From NCBI GenBank assembly GCA_965204755.1, contig OZ242011.1:224001-288000 (forward strand): a stretch of DNA of 64,000 nt, written 5' to 3'. Shown here piece after piece: positions 1 through 9,986 of the stretch. The stretch comes from Candidatus Marinacidobacterium sp. GTDB lineage: Bacteria; Acidobacteriota; Vicinamibacteria; Marinacidobacterales; Marinacidobacteraceae. How positions within the stretch are numbered: position 1 is the stretch's first letter; every line of letters starts with the position of its first letter. The notes under the pieces are model-generated. The model did no database searches, was not told the origin of the DNA, and was given only the letters and a program-made list of their open reading frames with translations. Position numbers and translations under genes: made by a program.

Positions 1-483
1 GTAGGTGGCGGCGGGGAGGCCGGTGATCTCGCGGAGGCGCTCCGCGCCGACCGCCGCCTCGAGGTCCGCCGCCAGGCCGGCGGTGCGGGTGTCCTGCCAG
101 ACGATGGCCGGGGCGAGCGGCGCCCCGTCGGCGGGGTCCCAGACGACCGCGGTCTCGCGCTGGTTGGTGATCCCGACCGCGGCGACCGACTTCCCGTCGA
201 GCCCCGCCGCGGCGAGGGCTTCCGCTACGACCTGCCCGCTCCGGTCGCGGATTTCGTTCGGGTCGTGTTCCACCCAACCGGGGCGCGGCGTGGACTGGCG
301 GTGCTCGCGCTGCGCCGATCCCGCGACCCGGCCGGCGCGGTCGAACAGCAGGCAGCGGGTGCTGGTCGTCCCTTGGTCCAGGGCCGCGACGACGCGACCG
401 CCGGCGGCGCCTGACCTGCCGCCGGCGGCGGGCGACCCACCGCCGGCGGCCGGCGATCCACCGCCGCCGGCGGCGGGGCTCAC
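1..483 (-). CDS. glpK: Glycerol kinase, 5' part (runs off window edge)
   Basis: Own translation of the minus strand from GTG 483 (overlapping the upstream TGA): VVAALDQGTTSTRCLLFD...HRQSTPRPGWVEHDPNEI...VGITNQRETAVVWD...AIVWQDTRT, the FGGY/glycerol kinase motifs. Not in the ORF track because it is partial. Confidence 0.9.
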   Translation of the reverse strand, partial: MSPAAGGGGSPAAGGGSPAAGGRSGAAGGRVVAALDQGTTSTRCLLFDRAGRVAGSAQREHRQSTPRPGWVEHDPNEIRDRSGQVVAEALAAAGLDGKSVAAVGITNQRETAVVWDPADGAPLAPAIVWQDTRTAGLAADLEAAVGAERLREITGLPAATY

Positions 484-2081
484 TCCGGCGACCAGCCCGG
501 CCCGCGCACCGCCCGCCCCGGCCGGTCGCCGGTGAGCAGGCCGCCGCGGAGCACGAAGTCGCCGGCCACCATCACATGCAGCACGCCCTCGGCGTAGTGG
601 TGCGGGTCGCCGAACCGGGCGACCTCCAGCACCTCGTCCGGCGCCAGCACCACCAGGTCGGCGACCGCCCCCTCGCGGATGACGCCCCGGTCGGTCAGCC
701 CGAGCCGCCCGGCGGGCATCCCGCTCATCTTCCGCACCGCTTCCGGGAGGGTGAGCAGTCCCGCCTCCCGCACATACAGGCTCAGCACCCGCGCGAAGGT
801 CCCGTAGTTCCGCGGATGCGGCATTCCCTCGCCGGGCGCCACCACCCCGCCGTCCGAGGCGATCATGGTGAGCGGGTGCGCCATGATCCGGCGCACATCG
901 TCCTCGTGCATGGCGTGGAAGACGCCGCCGAAACCGCCCTTCTTCTGGAGTTCGATGGCCAGGTCGGCCCCGGCCTCGTTCGTCACCGGGAGCCCCCGCT
1001 CGCGGAGGAGGTCGCCGAGGCTCTTCCCCTCCAGGGACCGGTCCCACTCGCAACGGGCGATCACCACATTGTCCGGGCTGCCGCCGCCGCGGTCCACTTC
1101 CAGGTTCTCGCGGACCGCCTCCCGGATCCGGGCGGTCTGCTCCGGATCCTCGAGCCGTTCCGCGAGCGCCTCCATCCCCCCGGCGAGGCTCCAGGCCGGG
1201 AACAGGATGGTGAGCCCGGTGGAGGACGCGGTGTACGGGTACTGGTCGATGGTCACATCCACCCCCCGCGCCACCGCCTCGTCCACCAGCCGGAGGCTCT
1301 CCACGCTCTTCCCCCACATCGGGGCGCCGACCACCTTGTGGTGGGTGAGTTGGGTGGGCAGCCCGCCTTCCTCCCCGATCCGGATCGTCTCCCGAACCGC
1401 GTCCAGCAGGGCGAGCCCTTCCTCCCGCATGTGGCTGATGTGGACGCCCCCGTAAGCGGCGGCGACCTTCGCCAACTCGATGACCTCTTCGGTCTCGGCG
1501 AAGGCCCCCGGCGCGTACTTCAGGCCGGTGGAGAGGCCGAACGCGCCCTCGCGCATGGCCCGGTCCACCAGTTCGCGCATCCGGTCGAGTTCCTCGCCGG
1601 TGGGGGCGCGCGCCTCCATCCCCATGACTTCGCGCCGGACCGTGCCGTGGCCGACCAGCAGGCCCATGTTGATCGCCGAGCCCTCGGACTCGAAGCGGTC
1701 GAACCACTCGCCGATCGGGAGCGGGGAACTCCCGTCCGGGCCGCCGATGGCCGTCGTCACCCCCTGGCGCAGGTAATTCTGCGCCAGCGGGTGGCGGAGG
1801 ATGCCCCGCGTCGCGTGGCTGTGGATGTCCACGAAGCCCGGGGTAACCGCGAGCCCGGCGAGGTCCAGCCGCTCGTCCGTGCGGGCGCCGCCGAGGTCGC
1901 CGATGGCGGTGATGCGGCCGTCGAGGATGCCGATGTCGGCGGTCCGGCCCGGGTTGCCCAGCCCGTCGTGGATCTCCGCGCCGGCGAGCACCGTGTCGAA
2001 CCGGTCCACGCAGCCGGAAACGGCGAGGAGGACGGCGGGGAGGAGGAGACTCGCCGGGCGGCGGCGCGACGGGTTCGGCAT
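480..2081 (-). CDS. N-acyl-D-amino-acid deacylase (D-aminoacylase), amidohydrolase superfamily, lipoprotein-like N-terminus
   Basis: PGFVDIHSH, GLSTGLKYAPG, SHMREE, IASDGG and HPRNYGTFARVL motifs; LAVSGC lipobox. Confidence 0.88.
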   Translation of the reverse strand: MPNPSRRRPASLLLPAVLLAVSGCVDRFDTVLAGAEIHDGLGNPGRTADIGILDGRITAIGDLGGARTDERLDLAGLAVTPGFVDIHSHATRGILRHPLAQNYLRQGVTTAIGGPDGSSPLPIGEWFDRFESEGSAINMGLLVGHGTVRREVMGMEARAPTGEELDRMRELVDRAMREGAFGLSTGLKYAPGAFAETEEVIELAKVAAAYGGVHISHMREEGLALLDAVRETIRIGEEGGLPTQLTHHKVVGAPMWGKSVESLRLVDEAVARGVDVTIDQYPYTASSTGLTILFPAWSLAGGMEALAERLEDPEQTARIREAVRENLEVDRGGGSPDNVVIARCEWDRSLEGKSLGDLLRERGLPVTNEAGADLAIELQKKGGFGGVFHAMHEDDVRRIMAHPLTMIASDGGVVAPGEGMPHPRNYGTFARVLSLYVREAGLLTLPEAVRKMSGMPAGRLGLTDRGVIREGAVADLVVLAPDEVLEVARFGDPHHYAEGVLHVMVAGDFVLRGGLLTGDRPGRAVRGPGWSPE

Positions 2082-2261
2082 GGCGGCTCGCGCTCCTCTC
2101 TCTTCGTTCCCTTCGGGCCTCGCCGCGGGCGGCTCGACCGCGCGTTCGCGGCGAAACCCGCGGAATCGGGCGGCGGTCGAGTCTATATGCTGACTCGCGG
2201 CCCGCCGCCGACCCGACCGCCGAAGCGCCGCGCCCGGAAAGACGAGGAGTCACGCCATCCG

Positions 2262-3662
2262 ATGAACACCCGCCACCTTCTCCGCCCCGCCCCCCGATTC
2301 CCGGCGCCGCGCCGGCTCCTGGCCGCCGCCCTGTTCTGCGGCGCCGCCGCCGCCGTCCCGCCCCCGACCGCCGGGCAGGCCCCCCCGGCCGTCCTCCCGA
2401 TGCGCGAACGGGCGGAGTTGGTGGACCGCTGGCTCGAGATCCGCTTCGAGACCGTCCTCCCCGAACTCATGCGCCGCGAAGGCGTGGACCTGTGGATCGT
2501 CGCGGCGCGCGAATACAACGAAGACCCGGTGATCCGTACCATGCTGCCCTACACCTGGCTGGCCGCCCGGCGGCGCACGGCGCTCCTCTTCCACGACCGC
2601 GGCGGCGCCGAGGGGGTGGAGCGGCTGGCGGTCGCCCGCTACGACATCGGCGGAATCCCCGGCGCGTGGGATCCCGAGACCGAGCCCGACCAGTGGGCCC
2701 GGGTCGCGGAACTCGTCCGGGAGCGCGACCCGGAGACCATCGGCGTGAACCGCTCCTCCGACTTCGGCCTCGCGGACGGCCTCACCGCCACGGAGTACGA
2801 GGCGCTCCGGGACGCCCTCGGCCCCGACCTCGCGGGCCGCCTGCAGGGCGCGGAGCGGCTCGCCGTCGGCTGGCTGGAGACCCGCACGCCGGAGGAGATG
2901 GCGGTCTATCCGGGCGTGGTGCGGATCGCCCGCTCCATCATCGCCGAAGGGCTCTCCGGGCGGGTCGTCCAGCCGGGGGTGACCACGACGCAGGACCTCT
3001 CCTGGTGGTACCGGGAGCGCATCCGCGAGCGGAAACTCCAGACTTGGTTCCAGCCCGGGGTTTCGGTGCAGCGGCGCGAAGGCGCGATGTTCGGCGGGGA
3101 CGGCGACGGCGACTACTCCTCCCGCCCCCCGCCGGACACCATCCTCCCCGGCGACCTCATCCATGTGGACTTCGGGATCACCTACCTGCGCCTCAACACC
3201 GACACGCAGATGAACGCCTATGTGCTCCGGCCCGGCGAGACCGACGCGCCCCCGGGCCTCCGGGAGGCGATGTCCACCGGCAACCGGCTGCAGGACATCC
3301 TCACCGGGGAGTTCGTCGCCGGCCGCACCGGGAACGAGATCCTGGCGGCCGCGCTCGCGCAGGCGGAGGCGGAGGGGATCACCGCCTCGATCTACACCCA
3401 TCCCATCGGCTTCCACGGCCACGCCGCCGGCCCCACCATCGGCCTCTGGGATCGGCAGGACGGGGTTCCCGGCAAGGGGGACTACCCGCTCTTCCCGATG
3501 ACCGCGCACTCCATCGAGTTGAACGCGCGGGTGGCCATCCCGGAGTGGGGCGGCCAGGAGGTGCGGATCGCGCTCGAAGAAGACGCCATCTTCGACGGCG
3601 AGACCACCCGCTACATCGACCCGCGGATGGAAGAACTCCTGCTCATCCCCCGCCCCCGCTGA
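2262..3662 (+). CDS. M24 family (Xaa-Pro aminopeptidase-like) metallopeptidase, secreted
   Basis: ATG 2262 after GAGGAG; signal-like N-terminus; HVDFGITYLRLNTDTQ, YTHPIGFHGH, SIELN and LEED metal-ligand motifs. Confidence 0.85.
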   Translation: MNTRHLLRPAPRFPAPRRLLAAALFCGAAAAVPPPTAGQAPPAVLPMRERAELVDRWLEIRFETVLPELMRREGVDLWIVAAREYNEDPVIRTMLPYTWLAARRRTALLFHDRGGAEGVERLAVARYDIGGIPGAWDPETEPDQWARVAELVRERDPETIGVNRSSDFGLADGLTATEYEALRDALGPDLAGRLQGAERLAVGWLETRTPEEMAVYPGVVRIARSIIAEGLSGRVVQPGVTTTQDLSWWYRERIRERKLQTWFQPGVSVQRREGAMFGGDGDGDYSSRPPPDTILPGDLIHVDFGITYLRLNTDTQMNAYVLRPGETDAPPGLREAMSTGNRLQDILTGEFVAGRTGNEILAAALAQAEAEGITASIYTHPIGFHGHAAGPTIGLWDRQDGVPGKGDYPLFPMTAHSIELNARVAIPEWGGQEVRIALEEDAIFDGETTRYIDPRMEELLLIPRPR

Positions 3663-3711
3663 CCGCCCGCCGCCGAACCGCGGCCGCCGGGGAGAGCCGA
3701 GGCGCGCCTTC

Positions 3712-5067
3712 GTGAGCGCCGTCCTCGTCGGGACCGCCTTCGTCGCGCTCGCCATCGGCGTCCTCCGGCTCCACCCGTTCCTCGCCCTGGTCGCCGGCGC
3801 GGTGCTCGCCGGCTCGCTCTCCGGCGGGGGCGGCTCGGCGCCGGAGCGCGCGCTCGCCGCCCTCGACCGGAGCGCGAGCGACTTCGGCGAGGTGGCCGCC
3901 GCCATCGGGATCGCCATCGCCCTCGCGGCGGTGATCGGGGACTGCCTGCGGCGGAGCGGCGCCGCCGACCGGATCGCGCAGGCGCTGCTCTCGGCGTTCG
4001 GGGAGCGGCGCGCGGCGGCGGCGCTCGCGGCGGCGGCCTGGACGCTCTCGATCCCGGTGTTCTTCGACACCGTCTTCTTCCTGCTGATCCCGCTGGCCCG
4101 CGCGTTGGCGCGGCGCGCGCCGGGCCGCTACCCGCAGTTCGTCGCCGCCCTCTGCGCCGGGGCGATCGCCACCCATTCGCTGGTTCCGCCCACGCCGGGG
4201 CCGCTCGGGATGGCGGACACCCTGGGGCTCGGGCCGGGCGCCGCCGCCGGATTCGGGATGCTGCTCGGCGTGTTGCCGGTCGCGGCGGTCGTCCTGCTGG
4301 CGCCCGCCTTCACCCGCGGCGTCGCGGCCTCACTCCCCGAAACCGCCCCCGGCGGCGCGGGCGCCCCGCCGGACGATGGCGGCCCGCCGTCCCCGCCGGG
4401 TCTCGCCGCTTCCCTGCTCCCCGTCGCCCTGCCCGTCCTCCTCCTCGCCGGCGCCTCGGCGTCTTCGGGCGGTGACTCCCCGGCGGCGGCCTGGCTCGCC
4501 GCGTTCGGCCACCGGAACGCGGCGCTCTTCCTCGGCGCGGCGGCCGCGGCGCTGGTCCTCCGCCGCGCCACCGGCCTCCCGGCGAAACGCCTGGCGGCTT
4601 CCTTCGGCGGCGCCATCGCGGCGGCCGGCCCGATCATCCTCATCACCGCCGCCGGCGGCGCGTTCGGCCGCGCCCTCGCCGGTTCGGGAATCACGGAAAC
4701 CCTCGGCGGCGTCGCCGGCGCCGGGAACGGCGTCACCCTCCTCCTTCTCGCCGCCGGCGTCGCCTCCGCCCTGAAACTGGCGCAGGGCTCCGGGACGGTG
4801 GCGATCCTCAGCGGTTCGGCCATCGTCTCCTCCCTGCTCACCGACCCGGCCGCCCTCCCCTTCCATCCCTCCTACCTCTTCGCGGCGGTCGGTTTCGGCT
4901 CGATGATCGGCTCCTGGATGAACGACAGCGGCTTCTGGGTCGTCGGCAAGATGAGCGGCCTCGACGAAGCGGGAACCTTCCGCGTCTGGTCCGCCTCCGC
5001 CGCCGCTGTCGGCCTCCTCGGCCTCCTCCAAACCCTCCTCCTCGCCACCCTCCTCCCCCTCGCCTGA
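3712..5067 (+). CDS. GntP family permease
   Basis: Multi-TM protein with LHPFLAL, SIPVFFDT, HSLVPPTPGP, AQGSGTVA and SWMNDSGFWVV, all GntP hallmarks. Confidence 0.9.
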   Translation: MSAVLVGTAFVALAIGVLRLHPFLALVAGAVLAGSLSGGGGSAPERALAALDRSASDFGEVAAAIGIAIALAAVIGDCLRRSGAADRIAQALLSAFGERRAAAALAAAAWTLSIPVFFDTVFFLLIPLARALARRAPGRYPQFVAALCAGAIATHSLVPPTPGPLGMADTLGLGPGAAAGFGMLLGVLPVAAVVLLAPAFTRGVAASLPETAPGGAGAPPDDGGPPSPPGLAASLLPVALPVLLLAGASASSGGDSPAAAWLAAFGHRNAALFLGAAAAALVLRRATGLPAKRLAASFGGAIAAAGPIILITAAGGAFGRALAGSGITETLGGVAGAGNGVTLLLLAAGVASALKLAQGSGTVAILSGSAIVSSLLTDPAALPFHPSYLFAAVGFGSMIGSWMNDSGFWVVGKMSGLDEAGTFRVWSASAAAVGLLGLLQTLLLATLLPLA

Positions 5068-5104
5068 CCCGGCCCCGGCCCGCGCTACGCTTCCACGCAG
5101 GCGG

Positions 5105-6085
5105 ATGACGGACGCGGGCAAACCGACGCCGGCCGAACGGCCCGCACAGCCCCGGAAACGGCGTTCGTCATCGCCGCCCCGCAAGAGCGGCGCGACGCGA
5201 CCCGCAGCGCCCGCCGACGACGCTCCGCTCCGTGACTTCGCGACGCTCCGCGGCCGCCCGGCCATCTTCGTCGTCCTCCACGAACCCATCCAGCCGGCGC
5301 ACCTCCTCCTTCTCCGACGGGAAGTCGGTGACCGACGGTTCGACGAATTGGACTTCGTCATCCATTCCGGCGGGGGCGACATCAACACGGCGTACCAGAT
5401 GGTCCAACTCATACGCCAGCACACGAAGCGCATGAACGCCTGCGTTCCCCTGTACGCGAAGAGCGCCGCCACGCTCTGGTGCTTGGCGGCGAATCAGATC
5501 GTCATGGACGAGTCCGCTGAACTGGGCCCCTTGGACGCTCAGGTTCTCGAAGAGCGCCGGGGCGGCAAGACCGAGTATGTGTCGGCGCTGAATCCGTTCA
5601 ACACGCTGGAGCGACTGCAGAGGTTCTCGCTGGAAACCCTGAATGTTGCGGTAGGAACGATCGAGCGACGATCCGGGCTCGACCTGAACGAGAGTCTCCA
5701 ACATGCCATCCGCTTCGTCGAGGCTACGACAGGTCCGCTTCTCAGCAAACTGGATCCCGAGAAACTCGGAAAGTACAGTCGCGCCTTGGCAGTCGGCACG
5801 GAGTACGGCGCTCGCCTCCTGCGTCGGTTCAGCGAAACGGACGAAGTCACGAAGACCCGAATCCTCAACAGACTCGTGCACGGGTATCCGTCTCACCGTT
5901 ACATCATCGATTATCCCGAGTTGGTCGAAATGGGTATGCATGTCGCTCTCTTCGCCGAAAGTGAGCGCGTGCCTGTCGGCGCCCTGCACGACTGGATTCT
6001 GGCCGGAGGCGCGGGCGTTCTGCTCATCGAGCCCATGAACGAGTCCGAACCGGCTTCCCGGCCCTCGGTGAAAGGATCACCATGA
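5105..6085 (+). CDS. SDH-family (ClpP/crotonase-fold) serine protease
   Basis: IHSGGGD, VPLYAKSAAT (catalytic Ser), ELGPLDAQ (Asp) and GYPSHRYII (His); lower GC than its neighbours. Confidence 0.85.
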   Translation: MTDAGKPTPAERPAQPRKRRSSSPPRKSGATRPAAPADDAPLRDFATLRGRPAIFVVLHEPIQPAHLLLLRREVGDRRFDELDFVIHSGGGDINTAYQMVQLIRQHTKRMNACVPLYAKSAATLWCLAANQIVMDESAELGPLDAQVLEERRGGKTEYVSALNPFNTLERLQRFSLETLNVAVGTIERRSGLDLNESLQHAIRFVEATTGPLLSKLDPEKLGKYSRALAVGTEYGARLLRRFSETDEVTKTRILNRLVHGYPSHRYIIDYPELVEMGMHVALFAESERVPVGALHDWILAGGAGVLLIEPMNESEPASRPSVKGSP

Positions 6086-6324
6086 GACCCCAAACCATCG
6101 CACACGGAAACGACCAGCCGTCGGACGGGAATGTGCCAGAGGACATTCCCCTCGAAGAGGCCTTGACCCGGGACTTTGCGGAAGCGCGCATCCTCGTGGA
6201 TCGCGTGTACCGTGAGTATCACGAGAACGGAGGTCTCCTGGAGATTGAAAGGCTCTTGGAGAAACACCGGGACCTTCCGTGGTATCTCCTGAAGTCGACG
6301 GGCGAGACCACCGAGTCCGAGTAG
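6082..6324 (+). CDS. Small hypothetical protein (80 aa), paralog of 6398..6625
   Basis: ATGA overlap with the protease stop; shares the REY.E.GG.L..ERLL....DLPWYL motif with the next ORF. Confidence 0.7.
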   Translation: MRPQTIAHGNDQPSDGNVPEDIPLEEALTRDFAEARILVDRVYREYHENGGLLEIERLLEKHRDLPWYLLKSTGETTESE

Positions 6325-6397
6325 GATTCCCGACCTCGGGATTTACCGGCCGTCGCGCCGCTTGATCGCCGCGAGGAGTAGAGCGACCGAAGCCGTC

Positions 6398-6625
6398 ATG
6401 AGCCGTTCCGAACGCGAAAGCCGATGGGGGGCCTCCGCGTCCACGGCCGAGCGTGACCTCCCTGTTCGGATCCTGATCGCGCGCGAGGCGGCCGACACCC
6501 GGATCTTCGTCGCCCGACTGCGGCGGGAGTATCGGGAGAGCGGCGGCCGGCTGGCGCTCGAGCGACTCTTGAGGGGCCGGAAGGATCTGCCTTGGTATCT
6601 CCGGAGGCGGAACGGCGCCGACTGA
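6398..6625 (+). CDS. Small hypothetical protein (75 aa), paralog of 6082..6324
   Basis: In-frame ATG 6398 within ORF 6362..6625; about 25 of 52 residues identical to the upstream small protein by eye. Confidence 0.65.
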   Translation: MSRSERESRWGASASTAERDLPVRILIAREAADTRIFVARLRREYRESGGRLALERLLRGRKDLPWYLRRRNGAD

Positions 6626-6668
6626 TCGATCTTCCCGGAGTCCGCTTCGCGGGCTCGGTCGGCGGGCG

Positions 6669-6700
6669 GCCTCGGCGCGCCTTCGAGGCGGCGCCGAGGC
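6669..6700. terminator. GC-rich hairpin between convergent genes (possible bidirectional terminator)
   Basis: gcctcggcgc-gcct-tcg-aggc-g-gcgccgaggc stem-loop; no U-tract. Confidence 0.35.
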
Positions 6701-6706
6701 GGGGGA

Positions 6707-9193
6707 TCAGTCCTGCGGGGTCAGGAAATCGTCGAGGCGTTGGCGGGCGGCGGTGAAGCGCTCGCGGATGCGCGGGGCGGCGTCGCCATAGACCTCGGCG
6801 ACTCGCGCTTCGGCGACATCGAGGGCGCGGAGGAGGTCGGCGGCGGCGCGGGCGGCGGCGGACGGGTCGCGGCTGCCGACTTCTCCGATCCAGACCGGGG
6901 AGGTTTGGGCGAAGACCGAGCCGTTCATTCCCGGCCAGGACTCCTCGCCGCCGTGCGCCCGCGCGGCGATCCAGCCGCCGGAGGGGATCGCGAGTTCGCC
7001 GGAGAGTTCGCGGCGGCCGGCCTCCGGGAGCCCGGCGAGGGTTTCCACGACTTCGCCGTTCACGAGGAGATCCACCTGCTCGACCGGGCCGGCGGAGGCG
7101 AGAGTCAAGCGCCAGGAAACGGCGCCGTCCGACGAGGGATCGACCGGGATCGCGCCGCCGGGGCGCTCGTCTTCGACGAAGAAGTCGAGCAGCGGCCCGG
7201 TGGTGACGAAACTCCGGCCGGCGCGCAGCGCGTCCAGGTACGAACCGACCCGGAACGGGCCGGGCGCGTACACATAGATCCGCGTCGCACCGACGGCCAT
7301 CGTGCGGTGGTAGTCGAGCATCACATCGGTCCCGGCGGACGCCGCCACCGGGAGACCCAGGTTCAGGAAGCGGTGCCACAGTTCCGCGGTTCCGACTTCG
7401 CTGGTCCAAAGGCACGCGACTTCCAGGGCGTCCAGGTCGCCGAGCACGGCGTCCGGGATCACGCTCACCGGGATGGCGCGGAGGCCGCGGTCGCTCCCGA
7501 ACGGATCGGCGATGGAAACCGGGTGCATGTAGGCGCTCACTCCCCCCTGCCGCCGGGAGTGGGCGAGCACGTCCGCGTTCGGGCGGTCGTCCTCCGCGTA
7601 CACCGGATACCCCGGCCCCCAGAACCAGGGCCAAAACGCGCTCTCGATCCCGATGAGACCGAGGTGCCCCAGGAAGTGGGAGCGGATCTCCTGCCCGAAG
7701 AGGATCGCCGGCGTCCGGGCCAGCCGCCGGTCGGCGAAGAACTCGGTGTCGTTCCGGCGGTGGTGGAGGTTCGCCATGAGCGGCGTGCCGAAGTCCAGGT
7801 CCTCCGCCGCGAGCAGCAGCGCGAGGTCGTCCGGGTCGAGCCGGGTCGGGCCGCCGTAGTTCAGGTGGAAGTGGTGGTCGCCGGACCGGTAACCGGCGGC
7901 GAGCGCGTCGAACACCGGATCGAAGACCAACTCGACTTCCGCGGTCTCGCCGGGCGCGACGGCTACCGTCGCCGAGACCGCGGGGCTCGCGAGCCCGCGG
8001 GCCGCGGTGACCCGCGCCTCGTTCCCGGCCCCGAGGGGGACGACCACCTCGATCACTCCCGGCGAGTAGAAGTAGATGCGCCCGTGCGTGCCGTCGAACC
8101 GGGGGAACGCCTCCTCGGCGACCGCGGGGTGCCCTTCCGGCCCCAGCACCGCGAGCCGCGCCGGGACCGGCGCCTCCGCGCCGGCGCTCCGCGTCGTGAC
8201 GCGCACCCGCCCGACGGGCGCCCCGAAGTCCCAGGAGCGCACCGGGACTTCCTCGACCGGGCCGCCGCGCGCGCTCACCCGGCGGAGACGGAACCGCTCC
8301 TCCTCGTCCGCCTCGGTATAGACGATCCAGTCCCCCGACTCGTCGGAAGCCATCGCCGGGGCGAGCGGCAGGCCCCGCGCCTCGGTGAGTTCCATCGGGT
8401 CGCCGGTCGCCGGATCCACCAGGAACAGCCGGTAGCCGTCGCCTCCGTCCCCGGCCGGCCAGTTCACCGCCGCGAACCGCCCGCTCGCCGCCGCCCCGGG
8501 CCGCGCCTGGGAAGCGATGGATTCGCCGCGCAGCGCCCGTTCGGCGCCGTCGCTCTCGCGCAGGATCAGTTCGTCCGGCGACGAACGCCCCTTCGCCAGG
8601 TAGATCAGCCGGCCGCCGGCGAGCGGCTGCGGGCGGACTTCGAGGCCGCGCCGGGAGGTCAGCCGCGCCGGTTCGCCGGTCGCGAGCGACAGTTGCCAGA
8701 TGTCGAGGTCGCCGGCGGTGGCGGCGCTGAAGAAGACCGACTCGCCGTCGGGCGACCACGCCGGGTCGAGGAGGATCGAGGCGTCCTCGAACAGGAGCGA
8801 CTCCTCGCCGCTCCCGAGGTCGAGCCGCCAGAGGGAGAGCGACTCGGTGTCGTCCCGCAGGAACGCGATCTCCCCGCCGTCCGGATGCCAGGACGGGCGC
8901 GAGTCGAGCGCCGCGCCGGAGGTCAGCCGCCGGGCGACGCCGGTGTCCGGGTCGAGGAGCCAGAGCCAGCCCCGGGCGGCGAAGGCGATCCGCTTCCCGT
9001 CCGGCGACGGCGCGGGATCCGTCGGCCCGGCGGCGAGGATCGGGAGTTCGAACCCCTCCACATAGACATGGTGGGAGTAGCCCTCCAGTTTCGGGTAGCG
9101 GTTCGTCCACTGCGCCGCGACCGCCGACGGGACGAACAGGGAAACGAGCAGGCCGGCCGCGGCGGCCGTCCCGAAGCGGGCGGATCCGGTCAT
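6707..9193 (-). CDS. CehA/McbA-family metallohydrolase with N-terminal TolB-like (PD40) beta-propeller
   Basis: Signal peptide; PAPSPDGKRIAF, PSWHPDG and PAWSPDG repeats; PHP-like SGDHHFHLNYGG, GQEIRSHFLGH, AGTD and GRSFVTTGP. Confidence 0.8.
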   Translation of the reverse strand: MTGSARFGTAAAAGLLVSLFVPSAVAAQWTNRYPKLEGYSHHVYVEGFELPILAAGPTDPAPSPDGKRIAFAARGWLWLLDPDTGVARRLTSGAALDSRPSWHPDGGEIAFLRDDTESLSLWRLDLGSGEESLLFEDASILLDPAWSPDGESVFFSAATAGDLDIWQLSLATGEPARLTSRRGLEVRPQPLAGGRLIYLAKGRSSPDELILRESDGAERALRGESIASQARPGAAASGRFAAVNWPAGDGGDGYRLFLVDPATGDPMELTEARGLPLAPAMASDESGDWIVYTEADEEERFRLRRVSARGGPVEEVPVRSWDFGAPVGRVRVTTRSAGAEAPVPARLAVLGPEGHPAVAEEAFPRFDGTHGRIYFYSPGVIEVVVPLGAGNEARVTAARGLASPAVSATVAVAPGETAEVELVFDPVFDALAAGYRSGDHHFHLNYGGPTRLDPDDLALLLAAEDLDFGTPLMANLHHRRNDTEFFADRRLARTPAILFGQEIRSHFLGHLGLIGIESAFWPWFWGPGYPVYAEDDRPNADVLAHSRRQGGVSAYMHPVSIADPFGSDRGLRAIPVSVIPDAVLGDLDALEVACLWTSEVGTAELWHRFLNLGLPVAASAGTDVMLDYHRTMAVGATRIYVYAPGPFRVGSYLDALRAGRSFVTTGPLLDFFVEDERPGGAIPVDPSSDGAVSWRLTLASAGPVEQVDLLVNGEVVETLAGLPEAGRRELSGELAIPSGGWIAARAHGGEESWPGMNGSVFAQTSPVWIGEVGSRDPSAAARAAADLLRALDVAEARVAEVYGDAAPRIRERFTAARQRLDDFLTPQD

Positions 9194-9194
9194 C

Positions 9195-9986
9195 TCAGTC
9201 AGCCTCCCCTTTCGGCGCGGAGGGTTCGGCGGCGCCGGACGCCGGCAGGTCGGTGACGAACATGTGCCCCGGCGCGTGGGCGATCAGGGTCTCCGGCCCG
9301 GCGTTCCGCGCCGCGACTTGGGAGGTGACGCCGCAGGCCCAGAACACCGGGACCTCTCCCGGCAGGAGCCCCCCGTCCACCCCGAAGTCCGGCCGCGAGA
9401 AGTCGGCGATCCCCAGCGCCGCCGGGTCGCCGGCGTGCACCGGGGCGCCGTGGGCGAGCGGGAACCGGCCGCTGACCGCCACCGCCTCCTCGACCCGTTC
9501 CTCCGGGATCGGGCGCATGGAGACCACCAGCGGCCCCCGGAACGGCCCGGCCGGTTCGCATTCCCGGTTCGTCACATACATCGGCACGACCCGCCCTTCG
9601 TCCTGGTGCCGGAGCCGGATGCCGCGCTCCACCAGGGCGGCCTCGAACCCGAAACTGCAGCCGAGCAGGAACGCCGCGAAGTCCTCCCCCCAGAACTCGG
9701 CGGCGCTCTCCGTCTCGATCGCCGGTTCCCCGCCCCGCCACACCCGGTAGCGCGGCAGGTCCGACCGGAGGTCCGCTCCCGGCGCCACTTCGCCCGGAAA
9801 CGGCCCCGGGACCGCGGCGAGCAGCGGACAGGGCCGGGGGTTCCGCTCGCAGAACCTCTCGAAGTCCGCGGCGAGCGCCCCGGGCAGCGCCACCAGGTTC
9901 GCCTGCGCGAATCCCGGACACTCCCCGGAGGTCCCGCCCCGGAAGGCCCCGCTCCGGCAGGCGGCGCGAAGGTCGGCGGGGCGCAT
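9195..9986 (-). CDS. DUF1445 / D-glutamate cyclase-like putative hydro-lyase
   Basis: QANLVAL, FCERNPRPCPLL, DLRSDLPRYRV, LGCSFGFE, PVFWACGVTSQ and HAPGHMFVTD. Confidence 0.88.
   Translation of the reverse strand: MRPADLRAACRSGAFRGGTSGECPGFAQANLVALPGALAADFERFCERNPRPCPLLAAVPGPFPGEVAPGADLRSDLPRYRVWRGGEPAIETESAAEFWGEDFAAFLLGCSFGFEAALVERGIRLRHQDEGRVVPMYVTNRECEPAGPFRGPLVVSMRPIPEERVEEAVAVSGRFPLAHGAPVHAGDPAALGIADFSRPDFGVDGGLLPGEVPVFWACGVTSQVAARNAGPETLIAHAPGHMFVTDLPASGAAEPSAPKGEAD

Noticed and set aside
576-2261. N-terminal half of the 1028-aa ORF 576..3662
   Set aside because: Antisense shadow of the D-aminoacylase; the real gene starts at ATG 2262.
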